Shown piece by piece: positions 39,499 to 54,416 of a stretch of DNA of 64,000 bases. The notes under the pieces are model-generated. The model had not been told where the DNA came from and did not search any database. It worked only from the letters and a program-made list of their open reading frames with translations. Numbering within the stretch: position 1 is the stretch's first letter; each line of letters opens with the position of its first letter. The DNA comes from Microthyrium microscopicum (lineage: Eukaryota). The position numbers were made by a program, and so were the translations under genes. Location of the stretch: the NCBI GenBank assembly GCA_010405405.1, contig MU004230.1, positions 592,627-656,626 on the forward strand, read 5' to 3'.

Positions 39499-39587
39499 TC
39501 AATACAACATTGACCTCAACTTCAGTTGCTCACATTGTCCATCCAAATACTCTACAAACAACAATTGATGCTATCGTAGTGTCCATT

Positions 39588-42419
39588 ATGGGGTCTCTAG
39601 ACTCCCCTGCTATGCAGCATCTTGTTACTGCTCGCGCCGCTGCTCTCGAAAATGTCGCTCTCTACCCCCAAGTTATGCCACCCATCCTGGGTCTCGTGTC
39701 CGACAACCGTTCCCTCGATTTACAACGCTGGGTCGCTGACTTCATTGCTGAGGCCTTGGCCTCCCCTACATTGCCAACAGAAGAGAAGGAGAAGATGGTC
39801 CTGCCGGTTTTACCTATTCTCAAGTCATTTTTGGAAGCACCGGACAATGATGTTCAAGTACTCAAGAGTGCCATACAAGCTTCGGCCAGTTCCTACCCTC
39901 TGGTTTTCCGACATATGTAAGTACTTCATCCCTCTGACAGACCACATCTATGCAGGATCTAGTCGTCTTCCATTGCACAACCTGAAAGGTCTCGCTACCA
40001 TCTAACTCGCTGGCTACCATCGACTACACTTTTTATTCGAGTACTCTCTTAACCCATCGACTTTGATAGGAGAACATGTATCTCTCAATCATGAAAAGCG
40101 GCGGTAGCCATCGCTGTTGCTGGAAGCGTATCATATACTCGCTTTCCACCTCTTGCCCACATCGTGCTACGTGCGGTCTGCCTATTTGATCCATGATCGT
40201 AATGATTGCGACACTAGTCCTTGCGACTGTCGAACTGTCAACTCCTAGTTCCTCGATTGCTTGTTCAGAATAATGTCTCATGAAATACTGTTAGAATAAC
40301 TCACCCGAATGATTCTCATCACTGGGATCAGCTGCTCGCCATCAAAAGCCATATACTTCGCAACATGGACTCGTACACCCCCGGCATTCGAATTTGTGCC
40401 ATAAAGTTTGTCCAGAAAGTCGTTCAAACTCAGACCCTCGGTATCATTGCCGATCCTAGAGTATGAAAGGACTTTTCCATGCTCTGTATCTCGATCTAAT
40501 AGTTAACAGCGGACTGAACAAAACGAAATCTCCCTTGCTCTTGTTCCTCGCGATCATCCTCTCCTCCAACCTACCAAGATCGAAGCAGAGACATCTGGCT
40601 TACTTGACCGCGTACTCGATATTCTTAACGATAAGTCCAGGTTAGATCAAGTCTCAAATTTTTGGAAACTAGCTGACGAATGGAAGTGATATACTTGTTC
40701 TAACAGCGACTATAAATTCGCTCAGCGTATTAGTAAAAAGCCGTCCTGCCCTTACTCCACGAATCATACAAGCCATCGTACATTCGGATCCATACAAGTT
40801 TGTCAAACTACCAATTACAACACGGACAAAGATAGAACTCCGGTCCATAGAGCGAACATTCAGGGCATTATTTTCAGGTGCTATAAAACGGTATGCTATG
40901 GTTGTTTGCCCAATACCTACAATGAATGACTGACATAACCAGGCAACCAAACCACCCTATGCGGGAGAAGATGGACATATTTCTAGGACGCTTAGCACAG
41001 TCTAAAATTGCTATTCTAGATGAGACAACTCGCAAACGTCCTGCTCCTGCGGAACCATCTCAAGATATGGATAATGGAAAACGCCAAAAGCTGGAGCCGG
41101 TTCCCATACCCATACCTCCTGTTGCGGCGCCACCGACTATCAGCCTGGCGCAGCTGTTTAGCATCTCGACAGATCCTCAAGCTCAAGCTTTTGATGTCAC
41201 CCTCGTTCCTTTTGATATTGTGAAAAAGATCATTGTGCCCATTCTACGAGGAATCGATTCAGCCCATTTACAAGCAGCAACCAATGTGAGTCTACATATA
41301 GGACATTTGTCTTTGGATGCTAACGTCTTTGAAGATGGTACGCGTTAGATTACAAACGATTGCGGACGCTCACGCTGCTTCCAGAGCTTCTGCAAATGCA
41401 CCGCTTGGAGATGATGACGACGACTATGAACCTGATTACGAACCTGTTGAAGATGCAGCTCAGTTGCAAAATAGACTTGAAATGGAATCGTCAGACCTGG
41501 TTAGTGCCAAAGCATCCCAAGTTAGTCTCGGGCCTTTCAACCTTCCCATCGCTCCACCACTTCCTCCTAATGATTTGGACAAAATGATGCAATTGATGAT
41601 GACGAAGATCTTTCGGAGAATCGACGATTTCACAGCATCGACACCTCAAAAGGCAAAATCTGGACTCAATCGGCTGGCGGCAAGTTCGAGCGATAGAATG
41701 GCGATGCTGACCAATTTCATTCGTCTTCTCACTAGACCGACAGCTGGCCTATTCAGCGGCGGAGATTCAACAAAGGCAGATACATCCGCGGTCTCGGCCG
41801 AACAGCTTCAATTACTCGCAGATAATGGCCGACAACAGCTCCTGCAATATATTCTTCACAACTGGACTTTACGCATGGATATTGCAACCGCGTGGTTGAC
41901 AGAAGAATGGTACAATGATCTCATGTGCAAACAGGAATTCGACAAGGAAAGCGACGGCGGACGAAAGCCACCCCCAATGCATTTCAAGAAATGGTCACAT
42001 CGCTTCTTGGACGAACTTTCTGCCTTTATCAGTCACGAGCACCAGAATTTATTGATTCGATTTGTATCTGAAGTTCCTGGCCTAGACAGCGATCTGATCA
42101 ACAAGGTGAAGCGTTTGGCGCTAGATCCGGAACGTATTGGGATGACAGTGAAGGTACTCTAGTAAGTTGCAGGCCATACAATACTATAGATCAAAGAACT
42201 AACATGGCCTAGTTACCTAACAATGTTCCGACCACCAGTCAAAGAGATATGTCTGGACGCTATAGAGGACCTGTATAAAAATTGTAGGTTACAACTACAC
42301 TTATTGCCACACTGAATACTTACATCTATGTAGATGATGGAACCAAGATGTCGACTACTTCGATACTAAAGAAGTTCAGACCGCATGTAGTTGCAGAGGT
42401 CCCAACTGAAAGCTCTTGA
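39588..42419 (+). CDS. PTA1: mRNA cleavage/polyadenylation scaffold Pta1 (symplekin-like)
   Basis: LQRWVADFIAE, YPLVFRH|I, GIRICAIKFVQKVVQTQT, WLTEEWYND, LIRFVSEVP, LALDPERI and FRPPVKEICLDA motifs; about 7 introns, the first 39917-40294. Confidence 0.88.
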
Positions 42420-42714
42420 TAGCAGAGATGTCATTCTTATGCATCTGTCATTACTTTGGCCTTATCGCGTTGCAAGTTTGATTCATTAGATACCCCATCA
42501 AGCTTATAAGTGTTAGGATAGGAATGCAATTGGATCGAATGGTGTTACCATGGTACTCTTATACTAAAACATGACCATACTGAAGGTTACGTCGTTTATT
42601 GTTACAAATGAGTATGTTCCCGTTCCATCGCATACAAACCACCTTGTCGTGCTCCTAACGAAACACATTGAGAGTCTTACTATACTATTTACTACGCCGA
42701 GGCTCCCTGTCGTT

Positions 42715-44970
<2,256 letters not shown>

Positions 44971-46228
44971 GTTTAGATAGAGCAGACTCGCACGCGTTCA
45001 AGAAGAAAGCGGCACGGCTCACAGTATATCAACCAAGAGCTAAGTGGGCACAAACCTCTCCATATTCCCGGGAGATTGGTTTGTTCCTGTCTTTTAATTC
45101 TCCATGATGCCAATTTTAGAAATCAAGATGGGCATTAGAATCAATGCTCAAGCTACCCACTTGAATCGACAACTCGCATGGGTGAACTTTTGACCAAGGA
45201 GGTACCTTTGGTAGTTCATTTCGTACTGCAGTAACCGAGTTTATATTGTTCCCGCCAACTTAAACAGAAATATCAATGAGTTCTAAGCCAATCGTTGCAA
45301 GGATATATTGTTGGTTTGAGAGATATAGAGAGATTTTTGATTACTGGAAATTACACCCATCCAGATCGAGTCGGTCAAGCCGGTGTACCTGCGTTAGCTG
45401 TACAAGTCTACACCTGGTATATCAGATATTGTTTAGGTTAGGCCTGTATGAATCCATCGGTAAAGTGTCTGACAGGACTACCTGCAGGAAGTAGTTCAAA
45501 GCATGTGCCCTCACCCGCTACCTTGGGCATCACTGCGATCTGAGCAGAGAGAACAAGGTGAAGTCCGAACACTTCGCGAAGCAACTCGGGAGCCGCATCT
45601 TCCGCTTCTAACAGCATCTAGTTGACCTTTGAGCCGGTGGTTGGCATTTCTTCACCTTTCAAATACAAGTACATGCCAGATCGAGTTGTGACGCGAACCT
45701 GCCTCTCTCATTCGCAGTCTCTGCCCTACCACCAGAGACGAGCCACTTTAGACATAAGCTAGCACAAATATGAGAATGGCCTTTTGATGTAGAATGTGAG
45801 AAAGTGGGGTAACTGATTATTGGTTGTCTGGTGATGCTCTCATGTTCATCGGAGGATTTGTCAGTGTCCAATTATGGAAGCGCTTCTCCGACTGCGAGTC
45901 TTATATTGTCTCTTATTGGCATGGCAATAAGGAACAAGCCGCTGGAAACAGGCCATGAGATAACCGCTCACCAGCCGAATATTTCCAAGACTTTGCGGCC
46001 AGGTTTTTAGGGTGAACCAGCACCATTTAGTATGGTGGAATGGCTACTTGTAAGCGAAGTCTATAACTTGTATACCTATATGGTATTGTTTGAAGCTTTA
46101 TGGATGGTATGGAAATGTGATCAACAGAGATGACGAATGCGTTAGATTCTCGGGTTTCAAATTCTCCATGGCCTTTCAGAGACAGTGACTACGTGCGCGT
46201 GTTTGGAGCATGCCAGTTCAGTATCTAC

Positions 46229-47319
46229 CTAGAAGATATCGACAATGCCTTCGCAGGCCTGGTCAACATTTGTTCCAAAGTTCTCGGGAGTTGTCTATCG
46301 CTCATTAGTCTCGACTCAATACCACAAATATTAGTCCACTTACTTGAAGAATCAGCACGCCATCCTCGTGAAAGCACTCATTATATCCACTGCCCTTCTT
46401 GAGCTTCTCAGCAACTCGAAACTCAATCTGGTTCTTACTGATTTCATCCGTGAACGCCTCCTGAAGCATATCGTCATCGCCAAACTTCTTATAGTTCATC
46501 ACCCAATGAGCACCTTCCCAATACTTCAGCGTCATTTCCCCAATAATAGTCTCCCAATCATCTCTCAACTCCGACTTCTTCCCCCTTGAACGCGCCTTGC
46601 AAACCGCAAAGTTCTCCTCAAAATTAGGATTCAACGTGATCGGCACGCCCAACATATCCGAAAACTTCTTGGTCCACTCCTCAACTTTCGGATTGTAGTC
46701 TCGAGCGATACTCAAGCGCGACTGAACACTCAGCGGGCTTCCGTCTTTGACTGGCGCGTCATTGAGAGCGGCTGAGAGAGTTTCCAAGGTATCGTTGACA
46801 TTGACACCAAGATTCCCTTCCTTGAAGACGATTTTCAGAGATCCATCGTCAACGACGACACCACCGTAGGTGAATTTGCCCGACTCGTCAACACCGAAAG
46901 TTATGGTGTGCGCGAAGCAGACTGTGTTGATTTCGTCTTTTGCTTCGTTGGCTTCTTTTTCGAGCCAGTATTTTAGTCTCCAGGTCACGCCTTCCATATA
47001 GCTGTGACCATACCAGTTAGCAAGATCTTTGTGGAGAGAGGTGGGTATGGAGAACTTGCTTACCTCTTCAAGCATGAGCCGAGACAGTCCTTGGAGAACG
47101 AGTCAGTGCCATAGGGATAGATGGCTAGAGGATTGATGTCGATCTTCCATTCAGTGCCTAGAAGATCAGAGATCTCTTTTTCAAAAGTCTCCTTGTTGGC
47201 TTCGAAATCATCTCGCACTATTTGATGTTAGTGACAGCCCATAGTTCGCCACCCAAGTCAATGAACATACGATTCTTTCGAACTGCGAGAGGCAGTTTCG
47301 TGGCTGGTGGAAGAGGCAT
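46229..47319 (-). CDS. Hypothetical protein with two internal repeats
   Basis: Clean 4-exon model with GT-AG introns and branch sites (MPLPPATKLPLAVRKN|LRDDF...GIVDIF*). Confidence 0.8.
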
Positions 47320-48052
47320 TTTGATATCTTGTGCAAATAATGAACGGATGGAGTAACGAAAAGCTAAGAAAAATATGAGGAACCGATTAGTCTCGGGTTT
47401 CCAAGCACTGCTTTATATGGGCTCTAGCATTTGATCTGCTCGAAAATGTTTCCTCATATCCTCATCGCTTGCCCTGGCCTACTTCTTCTTTTTGCTAGAG
47501 ATTGTGCTGCAGTACAAGTGTCTTTGAAGTATTCTAGCGCACTTGGAAATACTAGAGGCGTAACTGAATAAATAAACCTCCTGCCAAACGTGGGTCGAGA
47601 GGGGTCAACGTTCATCGTAAACAATGCAGCCACCAGCACACCGGAAAGACGCCTCCTGCAAGCGTATTTTTGCACAGCTACTTTTTTCTAGGTCGCAGGG
47701 ACTTGGAGACAATGTTTATAGATTTTGGCTTCGGGGATGACTCCGGATGTGATATAAGTGGTTCACGATGTGCACACGTTACAGCCGCTAAGATAGATCT
47801 AGACCACACTTCAAGCATGAAACTCGGGAGACTGATTGTTGTGCATTAAAGCTTGGCGAAAAGCTTCACCGCTTGAGATAGTTACGCGAAAATATTGTTT
47901 GACCTGTCTGAGGACATTGTACGCACAAGAGGGATAATTGGTCTTTGAGATTATGTATTACTACTTACTTAGGTAGTTGAGAAAGGGTATGTAGACATTC
48001 AGGTTTATCAATAAGTATGCCTCCAAGTATATCTCATGCCAATAGCAATCTA

Positions 48053-50104
48053 TCATGATTTACCCGTGGCCAACAGCACAATCAACGCGCCATTCATGAA
48101 CGTGATTAGCAGCCATATGAGGGACGCTATAGTCGTAGTGACCCATCCATTCTTCATGACGACCACCTCTTCTTCAACCTCACCTCTCTCCAGCTCCTGC
48201 GTCTGTACATTAGAAAGGTCCACAACACCCAATGCCGTTGAGCCCTCCTTGCTTTCGTTGTCGCTCTTAGGACCTGTTGTCACATGTGATTCTGTCGAAG
48301 CAGCATTGTCCGTTGTCCGCGCAACAGACACTTTCATGATTTTTGCGCTCCAGGTGAAGTAGATCAATGGCGCACTGACAAACGGGAGGATGATGCTAAG
48401 GGCTACCTGGCTGCCCTCGAGAGCGGCGGAGAGGCCTGGTCGGCCTACAGCGCTTGCGATGATGATGCTGGGCACGATGCTGATAACGCGCGTGATCCAG
48501 CGGCGCACCCACGGTTTGATGTGCCAGGTAAGTTGACCTTCGGAGACCATTTGCCCGGCTATGGTGCAGACGATACCAGCGGAAGTGCCAGAGAGGAGGA
48601 GAGCTAGGGCGAACATTGTTCCTGCTACTGGAGCAATGCTTTTGGAAAGGAGATCGTGGATGGAGAATAGATCAGCTTTGTCCGTTTGTTCGGCGGGAAG
48701 GCTCGATAGAGAAGCTCCGGCTACAATCAAGATGGCCGAATTGACGAATAGGGCGAAAGTGAAAAGTGAGAATGCCAATTCGACGACAGAGTACTTCATG
48801 CAGTTGCGAATTGCTGCCAATGAAGGCTTATAAGGTGCAGAGGCAACCGAATCGCCATCCGAGTCTGTCTTCTTGAGCGGCGCAAGTCCACTGTTATGTT
48901 CATCGAAGTCCCGAAGTCGATTCTGCACAATACCAGAGCCCAGATATAGGCTGTGTGGCATGACTGTCGCACCCAGTATGCCACAGCTTTGGTATAGTCT
49001 ACAACATATTAGCTTACGTTCATTGTAGTCTGGTGATGATTAAGCTTACCCTTTGGACTGGACTAATGCTGATGATGGTAGATACCCCCGGAAGACCTCT
49101 CCAACGGTAGTGTCTTGGATCTTGCTCAGCTCAAAGCAGAAACAAGAGACAACCCCAAGCACAAGGAAAATGACAAACAGCTCAAAAATTCTTAGAGCTC
49201 TCATTGACATGCCTTGCGAGCTATAGAATATGAGTATGATGAGAACATCAATAATAGAAATAGCGCAACCAGCAGGAAGTGGTATTTTGAACAGAATGTT
49301 CAGTGCAATTGCCGTTCCTATGACCTATTCAAGTTATCAGTAAGACTAGAACAAGCTAAGGAATCCGAAATGTTAGTACCTCTGCAATATCAGTAGCAAT
49401 GATAGCTGCTTCAGCAAAGAAGTAAAGAACATAGTTCAACCACGGAGGAAGATGAGCTTTGCAATTTTCGGCTAGATTCAGCCCCGTTACGCTTCCCAAT
49501 TTGATGCATAGCGACTGGAGAAATATCGCGAATATATTCGACAAAAGCACTATGAACAAGAGTCTATAGCGAAAAGACGCTCCGGCGGCCACATCTGTCG
49601 CATAATTTCCTGATGCTAGTCAGTGATTGCCAAGTGAGTGAGAAAAGCGATCATACCAGGATCAATGTAAGCAACGCTCACCATGAAGCCGGGTCCTATG
49701 AACTTTGCATACTCGACCAAGGTTTTCTTCACCTTGGCGAGGCGGCCCAAAGGTGCGTCTGGTGGATTGGGCGAAGTTCTTGGCCTTGATGGATCTCGGC
49801 CACTCATAGTCTTCTGAAGCATCGTCATGCCTGCATATTCACTGCGTCCTCGTCCTGGCTCTTGGAGGAGAAGACTATTACGCCCTCGAAACCTGCTGGC
49901 TGGAGGAGTCGGATCATCGCTGATGGTTTGGTCCTGTTCTTCCCTAGGGCTGTGACTTCCGTCTGTAAGATCTATTCTTGATCCACCCACTGTTCCGCGG
50001 GGTGTGTTAAGACTTCTTCTTGTTGTGAGTTCCGCAGCCAGCGCGGGAGGATTCTGGTTATGGCCCTCATCGGGGTCGGGGTCTGAGTGAACTGGGCAAT
50101 TCAT
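48053..50104 (-). CDS. Nramp divalent metal (Mn/Fe) transporter, Smf1/Smf2-like
   Basis: GPGFMVSVAYIDPG|NYATD, ATDIAE, MPHSLY and AGQMVSEG motifs; three introns. Confidence 0.93.
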
Positions 50105-51342
50105 GCTTATATTTGGTGGTCGTCAAAGTGTATTGTGTAGTTGCACATAGCAAATTATATCAATTGATTGGCGATCGGAAGGCTGAAAGGTGGTCGTATT
50201 GTTATGGTTGAATTGGATCTATTTGTTTGCGAGAACGGTCGAACTGCTAATATCTGAACAATCCGGCCTTAAATGCCAATTGCGTGAGAGGTTGGAGTTG
50301 TTGCAACTGTAAACAAGGCCAATTCCGGATTGGTGTTCAATGAGGCAGAGCTTGACGGTCAATTAGACCAGGCTTAGGTTGTTAAAGAAATTAGGATTAA
50401 CGAGAGGAGTTGTTGGCAAAGGTCGGGTAGTCTTAGGATTATTTGTTGAGGGTCGAGACGGATAGCGGTAGAGACAAACGGGCAGAATCGGAGAAATGGT
50501 TGCAACAATGAAGTTAGATCGTCATCACACACCGCGATCCAGGGGTTGTCCTTTGCGCCTGCAGCAATGTCAGGATTTCTCTTGAAAATGGGCAGTTGCA
50601 ATTGGCTCAACTGCAAATTCTCACGATGGAAATGATCAAGACCCACTGGCAGTTTTAAGGCTAACGTGACCCCGGTTTTGTTGCATCACGATGTCTTGAA
50701 AAAGCCATGTTTGCCCCCCGCTGATTTCTTTGTTAGTCGGCTTCTTTGAAAAGCTTCTTGGTGTTGAAGACTTCCCGAAGAACTTTCATCGTTGGCCAGA
50801 CCGCTCTTTTGTCAGCCTTTCTTTTTTTACATCTCTTGTCAGCCTCATCTTCTCTTCATGTTTCGGCCGTCGTTGGATCCGGGACCTTGTAAGGCCTCCA
50901 CACACACACGCTTCCAACAGCAGAGATGCATGTCTGATGATATCCTATGTAGACTTCACGCTTGCCATCGGTCCGGGGAATCCCCACAAGTTCTAGTGTC
51001 ATGCCTTCCTAGCCGATAATATATCGGGTTGATCCAACTTCACACTTGCTTTCAAAATTGAGGCTTCTATCAATGAGCAGACCAAGATTCAGATCCTCAT
51101 TGAACTCTTTTAACAGGTTCACAGAATATATAAATGAAATGGTAAATTGTAATTTGATATCAAAACAAAATGGACTGAGCGCTCGCTAAATAAAGTCCTA
51201 CCCCCAATGCTTTCTGATTGTTCCTCATTCTAAGACTACAGAGACTGATCACTTTAAATCAAATTTCTATCAGATACTACTGCAACAACTGCTTTCCTGG
51301 ATCGCGCCTTCTAAAATCGCAGTCGCAACACCAGTTGCTGGC

Positions 51343-52353
51343 TCAAGAGAATTTCCACCGATTGCCACAGTTCATGCACTCGCAAAAGGTCGTCATCGGC
51401 TCATCAGCAGATCGTGTTTGAGCTTGTGTATAGCTGACCTTTTTCTGACCACATTTGCCGCAGGTGAGATGTACACTGATGCTCTTCTCTTCTTCGGCCA
51501 CCATTGCCTTGTCCATGTTTTCTTTCATGAGACGCGCATCCTCGGCCTGTCGCTCTGCAGACTTGAGCTCTTCATGTGTCATATTGACGAAGCGAAGAGG
51601 AGTGATGTCGCCGGAGAGGACTCGTTCGCGAAGAGCCTGGTTTGACTTGTTTTTGAGGTTCTGGAAGAGCGAGCGCATCTTGTTCTTGTATGGGTCTGAT
51701 GTTTCTGGCTTGTATGTCTTGTACGCAGCCTCTTCCACGTGTTTCGCGACTCGCAAGATATCCGAGGAATCTGGGACAAGTCAACATCAAGCAGTCAAAT
51801 CGCACGCAGCAAACTCACCCTCTTCCGACATGAATGCCAGCCCATCATACATGAGCTTCAAGCAGCTGTCTCGCGTCGCATTGTCCGTAAGTTGCCACTT
51901 AACCCCATCCTCCTTTGCATTCCGCTTCTCCTTCGGCGCACTCGATTTCGACTTTCCCTTGGCCACCACCACCCCTGCCGCGGGACTGCTCATGCGAGCT
52001 GCAGGACTAACGCTCCCGTTCAGGTGTGCGCCCACACCTAATCCGCCTGGCCGTGGTGTACTCGCGCCGCTGGCCGTCCCACTTTGCGGGCCGGACGCAG
52101 TGCGCCCGCGCACATCGACACGCCATTTGCCGACGAGCTCCTGTGCCTGACGTGCAATTGCTTTATCCGAGTGGCTTTTGAACTTGTTGACTACTATGCC
52201 AATCTTCGTGCTTCGCAATAATTCTTCGGATGCGACGACGCCTTTGCGCAGGTCGGCGAGGAGGGAGGTGATGCGCTCGTTGGCGTCAGTGGCGGTGCTG
52301 GCCTTGGCGAGATCGCGGCCTTTTTGCTCGACTTCGCGGTTGGTGAGGGCCAT
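51343..52353 (-). CDS. DST1: Transcription elongation factor TFIIS
   Basis: LRSTKIGIVVNK, YKNKMRSLFQNLK and zinc ribbon CGKC...QTRSADEPMTTFCECMNCGNRWKFS; intron 51771-51818. Confidence 0.96.
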
Positions 52354-53042
52354 TGTGAGCGTGTGAGATGTTGTGGATAGGATGATGGTGGGCTAAGGAA
52401 TGAGGCTGCTGTTTGTATAGGGATAGGCGGGGTGAAGGACAGGCGAAGAACGTGAGCGAGCAAGTGATGCAGATAATGGCACGAGGAGGAGGAGGAGCGG
52501 AAAGTTAACGTTTGCGCAAGAGGTAACAAAATTGTGAGGTTGATGTGAAAGAATGGGATGAAGTTGATCCAGATCTTCAATGTCACTGCACTGCTATTGA
52601 TGCGAGTGAGCAATGGCCAAGTTGATGCCAAGGCGCGCTATTGCCTCTCTAGGAAGCCCCTCTGTTTGCCTTGTACTCCTTCCTGCTGGAATGTTGCATT
52701 CCGAGGCTCTCGAAGTTGAAGAGCACCAAAATAAGTAGTTTATCCTCAGAAAGCATTATCTAGCCAATTAAAGTTGCGTGAAATCTCCATTCGCGATGTA
52801 AGAAGTGAGACTTACTGGCTGAATGTTGAAGAGTGTGGGGCTAAAGAGGGCGGTTCCTGCCTTAGCGAAATGCGGCTCAACTCGTCATTTCCTTCCCAAA
52901 GTATTAGGCAACTATTTTTACTCTGCTGCTGGAATATTTGACATCTGAAGCTTGTACTCATCACCAACTCATCAATATTCAAAGTCACCCTCGACCTGCC
53001 GCCCGTCTTATTTCTTACTGGTCCATCTAAATACTCGCCAAA

Positions 53043-53659
53043 ATGGCAGAAAACGCTCCTCCGCCTACAGCTGCTCCAGCAGCCAACGACTCTTCTCGTG
53101 GCATGCCATACTACGAGAAGCTCCGTAAAGACCTCCGCGACGCGCTTCAGCGAAAGCGTACTCTCGACCAGAACCTTGTATGTACCCCTGAACGGCTTCA
53201 AACGCCCACGCTGATATATGTTTTCTTAAGGCCAACATCGAAGACAATATTTACCGCATGGAATCTTCCTACCTCGATGACACAGGAGCAGGCAATATCA
53301 TCAAAGGCTTCGACAACTACATGAAAGGCGCCACAGGCACCACCGCCGGCAGCATGGGTGGTGGCACCGCTACTAGACGCAAAGGCGGCATCACCGAAGC
53401 AGATCGCATTTTCAGTCGAAGTTCCGCCGTCGTAAACAGAGTATGTCTCTATCAACCTCTCATTCATGGAAGAATCTAACAACCATCACAGGATTCACCC
53501 GCACCTTCAACAACAACTTCGTCGCATGCTCCAACTCCAACATCTGGTGCCGCAACTCCCGGTGCCACCAACACAAATCCAAAGAAGCACAAAAAGTCGG
53601 AAGCAGACGAGGACGAGAAACCAGCGAAACGCGGCAAGATCACGTACGGCCGCGAGTAG
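53043..53659 (+). CDS. EAF6: NuA4/NuA3 histone acetyltransferase subunit Eaf6
   Basis: GMPYYEKLR, ESSYLDDTGAGNIIKGFDNY and DRIFSRSS motifs; introns 53178-53230 and 53441-53491; ends KRGKITYGRE-TAG. Confidence 0.92.
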
Positions 53660-53803
53660 AATTCGCGGGTTGCTCATGATGAGAACTTTGCTCCCGACTG
53701 CGCCAAACTCCAAGCGGTTAGAAACTATGACTCCCAGCTTCAGCATCGGCCTGGACCTAAGGTAAGCACAACTGGTGCGAAAAGGACTAGACAGAGGAAA
53801 AGA

Positions 53804-53887
53804 CCGGAGATCAAAGCCGAGAGTCCAGAGATCAAAGCCGAGATCCCAAAGATGAAGGCCGAGATTCCGAAGATCAAAGTGACCTCG
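53804..53887 (+). repeat. 21-bp tandem repeat x4 downstream of the EAF6 stop
   Basis: CCGGAGATCAAAGCCGAGAGT / CCAGAGATCAAAGCCGAGATC / CCAAAGATGAAGGCCGAGATT / CCGAAGATCAAAGTGACCTCG. Confidence 0.9.
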
Positions 53888-54416
53888 CCCACACCAAGCG
53901 GTGGTCAGGATACGTCTGGTTATATTTGAAGCGAGCTGTTGTTGTATCTTGAAGCTAACGCGCCAAACAGGCACCGCTTGATCTAGAAAAAGTACTATGC
54001 ACCTGCCGTACCTGCTCAGAATTTCCGTGTATGGTAAGATATATCATACATGAGTTGCCGTAACAAATGTTCGCTAACAAGCCACCACCCTAGGCTCGCT
54101 CATTCGGTATGGATACAAACGCAGAATGCTACTGCCTAGTTTGCCTATCATCCGCTGACGCTGGAGAATTCGTCACATTTGCCGCCAACGTATCTGGCAA
54201 TCCACACCTGCTCAAGCATTAGACAAACTCAGGCCGAGTCCTCGTTATATAGAGATGTATTGTATTCATTACGAAAGAATAATATGTCCACGTATGTCCA
54301 CTGCGTGTACTCTATAACAGCCATAGCAGCCTTTTCTATGCCAGTCTAACTCCAGGGTATTGAATAGCTTCCCGTTGCCTATGTCCTTGCCAAAACGCCA
54401 ATCAAATGTAAATGAA

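Noticed and set aside
46150..46231. Readthrough extensions after other stops (hypothetical gene, BUR6, esterase, TFIIS)
   Set aside because: All close within about 25 codons and lack recognisable motifs, unlike the 89-codon EAF6 case.
53507..53974. 155-aa minus-strand ORF (WDLGFDL repeats) as a separate gene
   Set aside because: Non-ATG start, and the repeat variation is better explained as synonymous change in the plus-strand EAF6 frame; not fully excluded.
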